Assembly: GCA_965287045.1 (NCBI GenBank)
Contig: OZ336892.1
Location: forward strand, 24,490,001 to 24,554,000
Direction of reading: 5' to 3'
Source of the DNA: Carcharhinus amblyrhynchos
Taxonomy: Eukaryota
Length of the DNA stretch: 64,000 bases
Shown here: one piece after another, positions 55,001-64,000 of the stretch
Position numbering within the stretch: the first letter of the stretch is position 1
How the letters are laid out: each line of letters opens with the position of its first letter
Notes under the pieces: generated by a model
Told to the model about the DNA's origin: nothing
Databases searched by the model: none
What the model saw: the letters and a program-made list of their open reading frames with translations, nothing else
Program-made: the position numbers and the translations under genes

Positions 55001-58000
55001 AATAGTTGTAATAAGAGATGTCCTCAGAATTGGTGACAGGTCAGATTAAGTGATAGGTCTAGAGAAATGTGGATGATATTTACTTTTACCTCTAATCAGT
55101 TCATTTCTAATTTTTCCTTCAAGTGTTCACCTGCAGTTCATTTATTGACGACACAATTCGTCATTATTGCAATTTTGGTTCTGTTCTAATGAGGACCTTT
55201 AGATCTCTTTCTCTCTCTCTTTCCAGTCAATTATCTCCTGTTCCTTCCTTTTCTGAAGAGATTGATTCATGATGGGGTTGTTCCACAAGCATGCTTCAGT
55301 AGCTTGATTAGCGGAACATCATTCATGTGTTGTTCTTGATAGTTGTTCTTCGTAGCGAGGGGGATTGAATATAAAAGTAGGGAGGTCTTGCTGCGGCTAT
55401 ATAGGGCATTGGTGAGGCCGCAGCTGGAGTACTGTGTGCAGTTTTGGGCGCCGTACTTACGCAAGGATATTTTGGCCTTGGAGGGAGTGCAGAGGAGGTT
55501 TACTAGGCTGATGCCGGAGTTGAGGGGGTTGAGCTATGAGGAGAGGCTGAATAAACTAGGCTTGTACTCGTTAGAGTTTAGAAGAATGAGGGGAGATCTC
55601 ATTGAGATGTATAAGATGATGAATGGGATGGATAGGATAGAGGTGGAGAGACTCTTCCCGCTCAGAAAGGACAGTAGGACTAGGGGGCACAGCCTCAAGA
55701 TAAACGGGGGGCGGTTTAGAACGGAGTTGAGGAGGAACTTCTTCACTCAAAGAGTGGTGAATCTCTGGAATTCTCTGCCCGTTGAAGTGGTGAAGGCTAC
55801 CTCGCTAAATATTTTTAAGACGCGGGTTGATGGGTTTTTGATAAGAGAGGGGATTAAGGGTTATGGGGAGAGGGCGGGAATGTGGAACTGAGCCATGACA
55901 GATCAGCCATGATCTTATTGAATGGCGGGGCAGGCTCGAAGGGCTAGATGGCCTATTCCTGCTCCTATTTCTTATGTTCTTATGTTCTCATGTGAGTATT
56001 GAAAAAACATCTACTGGACCTTCACTCAATGCTCACACTTAAATTTCCAACAAGGATCACTAGGGCAATTAAGATTGGGAAGGTTGGCTAATCTTTACCC
56101 CTCCCTAAGCCAGAAATTGTAACGGCACCATCCACATGAAATTAATTAACTTGAGACCAAGCGACTGGGAGAACCATGTAGATAGAACAGTTGTCTTAAC
56201 CTTTACCTCTTTGAACCTAGATATAGCTATGCAATGGGTACTTATCAATAAATTAACAAGCGGAAACCAGCATGCATTCCAATATTTATATGTAGACAGC
56301 TTTCAGTAAGTATAAAAATTAGATAAATGTCTTTCCGAAAAGGCCGCAGCAAAGCTGGTTTGAGATGTTTATCAAGTACAGAATCACCCCCAGAGTTCAA
56401 GGAGAAAACCAAACAAGGAAGAGTTCTTGATGCTAGAAAAGGTAGTTACTAAAGCGATGCTTTAGTGCATTCAGGAATCACTGGTACCAAAATGAAAAGT
56501 GCTGGTTTGGATTGGTGCCAGCAATGTAACAAAATATCATCATCCCATTTCACTGAGTTTATACCGAATAAAATATTCATACTGTTGAATTCATGGCAAC
56601 AGCAGATAACATGATTACCTGTGAATTATATCATGCTGTTTAAATAGGCCAAATGAAATAAGAAATATGCTGATTAGGAATTCTGTCAACAAGCGTTTCA
56701 AATCACAACTTATGTGTAAATCCCTCACTCGCGGATGTGCTGTAGACTAACGTTCAATTTGTCTTTTGAACACAAATATGAGTGCATGCAATTTATTAAT
56801 CATTAACACCATGATAACCATATGGAACCACTGTAGGAGGCCATTCTGCCCATCACACCTATGTCAGCTTGCAGAAAAAGCAATCTGCTCAGTCCCTTTC
56901 CTCTGCTCTTTCCCCAAAACTTCTAAAACATTCATATTTGAAATATTTATCTGCTTCCCTTGTAAAATCTTGCATGGATTTTGCCTCTATTGCTGTTTCT
57001 GATGGGGCATTCTGTACCCCCAAATCCCTCTTTCTAAAATATAACCATCAATCAGTTCTTCCATTCAGCCTTCACTCGTTTGGCAATCTTAATTTGAAGT
57101 GCCGACTCACTGACAAGTGGGAATGCTTTGTTTCAAATTTACTTCATCAGCCACTTTCTAATTTTGATCATTATAATCAAATCTTATCTAACTCTGTTCT
57201 GGAGAAAAATGCTTCAGCTTCTCTAGTCTCTTTCTATAAATAATTCTCCCACAGGATATCTTCTGTACCATTTCCAATGTCTCGACATCCTTCCCAAAAC
57301 AAGGTACCTAAAACTAAACACGATAATCCTACTAAGTACAAGCTTAGTATTCTCTCTTTTTATTCTTTTTAACCCTTTGTCCTTGTTTAAGATTACTCTA
57401 TGGCTTACCATAATTCCCTTTACAACTTATATTCAATATATCATTTGAAATGAGCTGCTTTGAAGATACAGATTGTCTGAGAATAAATATATCTTGTATT
57501 TGTGGCATGTATATGGTGGCACAGTGGTTAGCATTGCTTCCTCACAGCGCCAGGGAGTTGAGTTCAATTCCAGACTTTGGTAGCTGTCTGTGTGGAGTGT
57601 GTAAATTCTCCTCATGTCTGCGTGGGGTTCCTCCAGATGGTCCAGTTTCCTCCCAAAGCCTAAAGATGTGCAGGTTGGGTTGATTGGCCATGTTAAATTG
57701 TCCCAGAGTATGAAGGGGGTTAGTAGGGTAAATACATGGGTTACGAGGATAGGGCCTGTGTGGGATTGTTATCAGTGCGGACTCAATGGGCCGAATGGCC
57801 TCTGCACTATAGAGATTCTATGATCCGAGTATTCTTCTGAGATGCTAGGCTTCATTTCTGGAGATGCAGGCAGAGAGTGGGTGGTTGATTTTTCTGGAGC
57901 ATTACAACTCTGATAACAGGACAATATGAGGGTCCTGACCCTGTTATGATCAGGTGAGAAGGAGTGAACTGGCTCCTTCTATTCAACCTCCTTGGTTTGT

Positions 58001-61000
58001 CACAATAAAGGTTTAGGTTTCTTTTTCATGAAGATATGCCTTTTCCAAATCAAAATGTATTTATATATTTATGCAGTAAGCAATGAGGAGCAAATCCAAC
58101 AAGGCTTGTTTGAGTCAAAGAAAGAACAAGTTTAATAATCACTAAACCGTTATTTTGGACCAAATCTTACATCTCATTAAAGAGATTTTGTGCACATGAG
58201 AATCACATGAACCTTTGGCGTGTTCCCTCTGATTCGCCCATTCCGCACCAACTTAATCCCTGCAATCAATAGAAGCTCTATATAAATGGCTCCCCACCAC
58301 TTGTTCCGGAACAACTGCAGGGGATGGCAGCCAAGAAGTCTGCACTTTACTTTTAGGATGGAGCCCTCACCAGGATGCTGGATGGATTGGAGCAAAGGCG
58401 GCCACTCGAGCTGGTCTCTGAGGTGGAAGAGTGTGTCTAAACTGCTGTGAAGTGAGGGCAGCAGATAGATGTGAAAATCCCAAGACACACTGTGATTTCC
58501 CCAAGTCTCAAGTGAGTAATCAATGATCCCTCCATCTCCCCTGTAATGCACTGATGCCATCTCCCTTCTTTTGCAGACTTACCAGCTGAACAGTCTAGCT
58601 CATCCTCACTCCCCCGGACCCACTAGACAAGCAGCTATGAGGGGGACTTCTCCTGTCCCACCATTGAAAATGCGTCACCACCATCACCCACACCTCGTAC
58701 CAGCGCAGATACTTGCACTTCTATGGGATCACTAAGTAAACAAGCTTCTGGGCCACACACTGGTGATGGCCTCACAGTTGAAGATCCACAGCAGTTGGAG
58801 GCAGGGATGTCCCAGGAAATTGGCACACAGAAGTGTGTCAGTGCTCAGGACTCTGCTGAGCCTCTGGCTAATGACGTGTCCCTGGGCCCTGTTGCCCCAC
58901 AGCTGCTGGAGTGCAAAGGCATCAGGAAGGGATGACAGCATCCCTCCTCTGACTGCAAGGCCAACTGGAGGAGTCCCATTGCCTTCTGTCAGGCGAGTTG
59001 GTGCCAGCACTGCATCACACCAAGACCAACACTGTCAGGGTGGCGTCTGTAGTGGAGACCTTGGCATAGCATGAGCACTCGATGAGCAGGAGACGTCCAC
59101 ATCACGACTCAGCTCGTGACCCTGTCTGAGGGCATGAGCTCCATGATGCAGTGCTTTGACTGCATGGTGCAGGCACTGGTGGGAATCGACAAGTGTCAGT
59201 GCCCGAAGACGGTGGAGTTCTAGCTCTCACTCCAGCTGCCCTCTTCTATTCCATGGAGGAGCACAGGGAGCCGCCCCAGGACCCCAAACAGAAAAGGATT
59301 CAAGAAGGCAGCTCACCACCACCTTCTCTCTAGGGATGGGCAATAAATGCTGGCTAGCCAGTGATGCCCCTGTGCCATGAATGAACAAAAATAAAGGATT
59401 GGCAGGAATACCGCCCAGGGCACTCCTGCCAGGGGACCCTAGGCATCTCCAGCCCATCTGACATTCTCCCTTCCCTGTGAGCAACACATTTCCAGCCCCT
59501 GAAACTGAGGACAGCAAATATCCATGCTGCCCAAAAGCAGGCCAGCTCCTGGCTCACCCCCCATGGGTCGCCCACCAAGGTCATCTCAGGCAGTCCTTGC
59601 CATGTGTGGAAGTCAGCAGGCCGCCTCAACCTTAACTGTGGATCCTGAGGATACACCTAGATGTAGCGTGAGGATGAGGAAAATTAAGAAACTGTAGGTA
59701 CTAAGTAGGCACAGGTAAATATGGGCACTAGTGTAGATGGGTCACCATTGTATTGAATGCTTGTCATTCAAATTCACTTTGTTCACCCACATAGCTTCCA
59801 CCCCTGTCTGTTCTTGTCACCAAGTTTGGGGAAGCACTGCGCTCACCTGCTGCCTTGTCCATGTGGAGTGTGAGAATGGCAGTGCATTGTCCCTCCCACA
59901 CCGACAGGAAGGTTGCAGTAGTGGGGCACTGCTGCTGGCAGCCCCTCCCCATCCCCGAGTCCATCCCTCAATCCCCATCTGTAAAAGGGTGAGCCCCCTT
60001 TACTCCCCCATCAAAGCTCAACCCCTTTTATATCTGGCACTATTCCCTAATGATCACATGGCCTTAGTCCTGTTATGCAATTGAAGTACTGTTGCAGAGG
60101 TAAAAGGAACTATTAGGAGCAATTAGGAGTAAATTGCTAAAGGAAATTTTTCAGATAGTAAGGGGAGTGTCTAACAAATATATCCTAATGCTCACAGGCC
60201 AGTATATTACTGGGAAAACTCCTTACTATGGAATCTTTCGCTTCCGATTCTGGCAATTTGGAAAATGGGTGGAAATTCTGGTGGATGATTACTTGCCAAC
60301 AAGAGATGGACAACTTATTTATGCCAGATCAGAAGCTGACAATGAATTCTGGCCGTCGCTTTTTGAAAAGGCCTTTGCAAAGTAAGTGTAATCAATTCCT
60401 TGTCAGATTTATGTTTCACTGTTACATAACATGCCTGTACCAAACACACTGTGGTGTGGCGATATGAACAGCTGATATTCTGCTGAACAGGATCCTCTAT
60501 TTATACAAATACCCGGTGAAAATGTTCAACAATTTCATTGTTTGATTAATATTGTGTTTGATATATCATATATCCATATCTATTCTCCTGTCATCTAGTT
60601 GGATTCCTATATCCATGCTTACAGTAGAAATTTCCCATGTAAATGCACCATTCTGCAATTAAGAGTTCCTATCACTAAGGCAGCACTGAGATGAGGGGTG
60701 AGGTTCTATGTATCATAAAAGGAAGTCTGTTTACAGCAACATCATAGAATTGAAGAATGGTTACAGCACAGAAGGAGGCCATTCAGCCGCTCATGGCTAT
60801 GCTAGCTAATAGCACGATGAACTCAGCTAGTTGCAGTCCTCTGTCTTTTCTCTGAAATCTTGCAATTTCTTTCTCTCCAGGATCAATTTCCTTTTGAAAG
60901 CCATTACTGGATGTGCCTTCATCACACTCTAAGTCCCAACCACTCCCTGTGTAAAATGATTTTTCCTCATTCCATCTTTGATTCTTTTGCCATTCACCTT

Positions 61001-63946
61001 AATGAATCAATGTCCTCTGGTTCTCATACCCACATCTCAAACCTGTTGCCAATGTGAAGAGATTTTCCCTGTCTACTCTGTCTATATCCCTCATGATTTT
61101 GAAAATTTCTATAAAATCTCCCCCCAGCTTCTGTTTTCTCTGGAGACCAATTCAATTTCTCCAATCTATCTTTAAAATTTAAACTGCCGCTTACTTGGCA
61201 TGTGACCAAGATATCTGGGTGATAACAATTTGGAAACAAGGGCCCATGAGTTAGTTATCAGGATAAGTAGACTGTGAGTGCAGCTCTGCTCTCAAACAAG
61301 GTTATAGATTTTAGTTTTAGAACAAGCTAAGTGCAGGACACATCTCTTTCAAGCAGGATTCAGTTGAAATTCTGTGCATTGGCTACAAAGAATTAAAACC
61401 TCTTGTTAATTGTAAGACTCCTGGCAATGAGTTGGACTTCTAGGAAAAGCCAAGCAGGGAGAGAGAGTTTTAGATGCAAAACTCCAAAGTTAAGGAATAT
61501 TAAAATTAGAAAGGTTTTGACCTGAAATGGCTCTGCTCAAGAAGCTAATGATGCCACTGTGAGCTGGAAGTCTCCAAATATGGGACCTTGGAGGAGATTA
61601 AATGGGGCAACCTTTCTAGTAAAAAGCCCAAGAAATCTCAGTTTTCACTTGAAACTTTGAAACAGTACTGAGGCCAGGTTTAATCTTCCAATTTCTGATA
61701 AGTATCTGACTTGTGTTTTTGAGGTGTAAGTCAAATAAGTGCAGAAGGCAAGTTGAGCTGGGGGAATTCTCCAGTCGTATCAGATGGCCGGTCGAAATCT
61801 TGTTGGCCTACAGAAAAGAGTGTTGGCCAAAAATTTTACAATTAGTGGGTTTGATGACCCATTTACTGGCCCCCTGCCATTAACCTGTCCCTTCAGCAGG
61901 AAATACACGAGGTGGGCTTTGATGCTGGCAATGACCAACCTGGACCTGGTGTGCTGGACCCTGAGGGTTCAGGGAGCAACACCAGCTCGCCAGCCAGCAA
62001 ATGCAAGAGGCATTCATCCCTCCACCACTGAAATAACAACACAATGCAGACATGAGGGTGACCCAACTCAAACTCCCTCAACCCCCTTTCACCCTCAGAA
62101 CCCCACTCAGTCTCTTCCCCCGCAGACCCTCATTCAGGGCCCTTTCAGGCCATGAACCATGGCAGTGTTAATAATGCACTGCATTATTGGTAATACACCT
62201 TGACCTAGCACATTGGGCCCCAAGGTATGTCCAATGCCAGGCCAGGCTGCAAAGGAAGGGTCCCTCAAGCATACTAGAGCTGGTTGGCTGGGGGCAAGGT
62301 GTTGATTTCATCCCTCTCCCCTGAGATTGGGGGGCATGGTTGGATGGCCCTTTCTAGCCCTGGCAGACCTGAAGATCGCCCCCAGCATGATGATTTCAGG
62401 CAGCTCTGTGATTAATAACTACATTCCTGCCTGTCAACTGTGAAACTTTGAAGTGGTCTAGTCAATTTAATGTCCATGCCCCCTCAACAGCTGGAAGACT
62501 CTTAAATTACAGCAGACTTCATTCTGCAGCAGAGATTTCTCTTTCTCTCTGTCAAAAGCTGAGCTGAGACCCCTTTGAAATCTTCTGACAGAGAGATGTC
62601 AATTTCACTGTGGATGGGTGGCGGGGGGGGGGGTTCCTTCTCCGCAGCTGTTCACTCAACTCCAATGTATTCCCACTGCTTTGATTTGAAATCTCTGAGC
62701 CTTCCTAGAAAGCTGAGACCTTTGAAAACTTTTGATCTCTTTCAATTTCATAGCACATACTATGAAATAGGCTTTAATTCATAGCTTAATGGATTTCTAC
62801 TCAGCCTTCAGTCATCTTATTTACCTTTCCCTTCACGCTTGAATGCATCTCAAGCACCCCCATTTTTCCTAACCACAATGTTTACAAGACAAACCTGATT
62901 GATAGCTGTGGTTTCTTCAAAGGGAATAAATGGTTTCACTTCCTATTTTGAAGACAAATATCTGTGTTAACAACATTGTCATTTGTATTCACATTCTTTG
63001 ATTTTTTTGTGTTGTAAAATTATTGAATTTTGTGTTGTAAAATTATTTGAATTTTCAAAAGAAAAAGAATATAAATAAAAATGGTGCAAGTCTTTGCTTT
63101 AATTTAGATTAAATAATATAAAATGAAAGCAGAAAATGGTAGAAGAACACTGAATAAGTCTGTTCGCATCCGTGGAGAAAAAAACACAGTTAATGTTTTG
63201 AGTTCATGTGACTTCTTTCAAGCTGAAGAATTCGGATCTCATGGATGGAATCTCTACAGTGCAGAAGGAGGCAATTCAGACCATTCAGCCTGCACCGACA
63301 ACAATCCCACACATGCCCTAATCCTGTAACGCCACACATTTACCCTGCTACTCCCCGTCATCAGTAAGGGTCAATTTAGCATAGCCAATCAACCTAACTC
63401 AGACATCTTTGGATGTGGGAGGAAAGCAGGGCAGCCAGGGGAAACCCATACAGATATAGGGAGAATGTGCAAGCTCCATATAGACATCACCTAAGGCTGG
63501 AATCAAACCGGGTCCCTGGCGCTGTGAGGCAGCCACCATGCCACTCTGTTTCTCTCTCCACAGATGCTCCTGGACCCCTTGAGAGTTCTTCCAACATTTT
63601 CTGTCTTTTAATTTCAGATTTCCAGCATCCACAGTATGTTGCTTTTAACACGTTATTTTATTTTGCCACTCCATTGTCTTCTCAACCATCAAATCAGTAT
63701 TCAATGATTGTCCTGTGCAGTTATTTGCCTACTTCTTTTGCATCAGCATTGGATTTTACCTGCAGGTTGCACGGGTCATATAAGGCGATTGAAGGAGGGT
63801 GGACACTGGATGCTCTGACAGACCTCACTGGCGGTGTTGGTGAGATCTACAGGTTTTCAGAATTTGCAGATAGGTATGAGGAACTGTACAACCATCTTGC
63901 TGCTGCTTCTCGGAAGAATGCTTTGATGGCCTGTGGAACAGGAAAG
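48775..63946 (+). CDS. Calpain-family (peptidase C2, CysPc) cysteine protease, 5' part; continues beyond the window
   Basis: Five phase-compatible exons give WEDPEF, WMR, DIIQGELGDCWF (catalytic Cys), GIFRFRFWQFGKWVEILVDDYLP, NEFWPSLFEKAFAK, LHGSYKAIEGG and DLTGG. Confidence 0.93.
50205..50380 (-). mobile_element. CR1 3' end fragment
   Basis: tagaaacatacgaaataggtgcaggagtaagccattcggcccttcaagcc...catggctgatc. Confidence 0.8.
51471..51602 (+). CDS. Calpain-like gene coding exon 2
   Basis: ttcag|NYQKIIEELELTGKLWEDPEFLPEPSSLTYEDIAPEGIKWMRTL|gtaac. Confidence 0.92.
51788..51968 (+). mobile_element. HE1-type SINE, 3' half
   Basis: gtgcaggttaggtggattggccatgctaaattgcccctt...(gattctat)n. Confidence 0.85.
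52857..53001 (+). CDS. Calpain-like gene coding exon 3 (catalytic Cys codon 52932-52934)
   Basis: cttag|DLHENAFFVTDGVSKSDIIQGELGDCWFWASVATIANSRRLIEWVIPT G|gtgag (absent from the ORF track). Confidence 0.94.
55347..55992 (+). mobile_element. Young 5'-truncated CR1 copy (third copy of the subfamily)
   Basis: Near-identical to about 5770-6410; 182-aa ORF; (TTCTTATG)n tail. Confidence 0.96.
57515..57825 (+). mobile_element. HE1-type SINE, near full length
   Basis: ggtggcacagtggttagcattgc...cacagcgccaggga...gattctatgat. Confidence 0.85.
58150..60060 (+). mobile_element. Decayed GC-rich DNA transposon, probably PIF/Harbinger (Myb/SANT-like ORF remnant)
   Basis: TATA-like ctatataaa at about 58277, then ATG at 58323 reading MAAKKSALYF*DGALTRMLDGLEQRR, resembling Harbinger Myb-like proteins; abrupt rise in GC content. 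Confidence 0.5.
60198..60381 (+). CDS. Calpain-like gene coding exon 4
   Basis: cacag|(G)QYITGKTPYYGIFRFRFWQFGKWVEILVDDYLPTRDGQLIYARSEADNEFWPSLFEKAFA AA|gtaagt. Confidence 0.95.
60745..61185 (-). mobile_element. Old CR1 3' fragment
   Basis: acagcacagaaggaggccattcagcc tail; ORF 61024-61239 (DRLEKLN...) resembles the CR1 ORF2 end. Confidence 0.7.
63004..63055. repeat. Two-copy tandem duplication of about 23 nt
   Basis: ttttgtgttgtaaaattattgaa followed by ttttgtgttgtaaaattatttgaa. Confidence 0.8.
63240..63543 (-). mobile_element. HE1-type SINE inserted into a palindromic repeat
   Basis: gaatctctacagtgcagaaggagg...ggtccctggcgctgtgaggcagc. Confidence 0.85.
63766..63946 (+). CDS. Calpain-like gene coding exon 5
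   Basis: tgcag|(K)LHGSYKAIEGGWTLDALTDLTGGVGEIYRFSEFADRYEELYNHLAAASRKNALMACGTGK|gttaga. Confidence 0.92.
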
Positions 63947-64000
63947 GTTAGACCGGTGATATTCTGTAGAAGACTCATACGAAACGTTAACTCTGTTTCT

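Noticed and set aside
44675-63543. tRNA genes
   Set aside because: The tRNA-like A/B box sequences are SINE heads followed by SINE bodies and LINE-derived tails; no complete cloverleaf was found.

Overview
Eukaryotic, intron-rich, AT-rich DNA from a cartilaginous fish (shark; inferred from HE1-type SINEs, HER1/CR1 LINEs, Deu-domain SINEs and Penelope-type palindromes). It is not prokaryotic, and no CRISPR arrays, rRNA or tRNA genes were seen. The minus strand carries a complete PRPF8 gene: 41 coding exons traced by hand from the ATG at 43558 to the TAG at 949-951, all introns GT-AG and phase-consistent, 7002 nt, 2333 aa. A small CpG-rich promoter lies at about 45.8-46.1 kb. On the plus strand, head-to-head with PRPF8, are the first five coding exons of an unusual calpain-family cysteine protease that runs off the right edge. 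It keeps the catalytic QGELGDCW motif, has a 96-aa N-terminal extension beginning with a predicted myristoylation/palmitoylation motif (MGNSCSC), and its intron positions match neither classical calpains nor CAPN5/6 as I recall them. Introns hold many transposons. Two near-identical young CR1 copies sit in inverted orientation around PRPF8 exons 30-39, a phase-0/phase-0 block of 1725 nt. Repeat boundaries are approximate and family names come from recalled motifs, not database searches.
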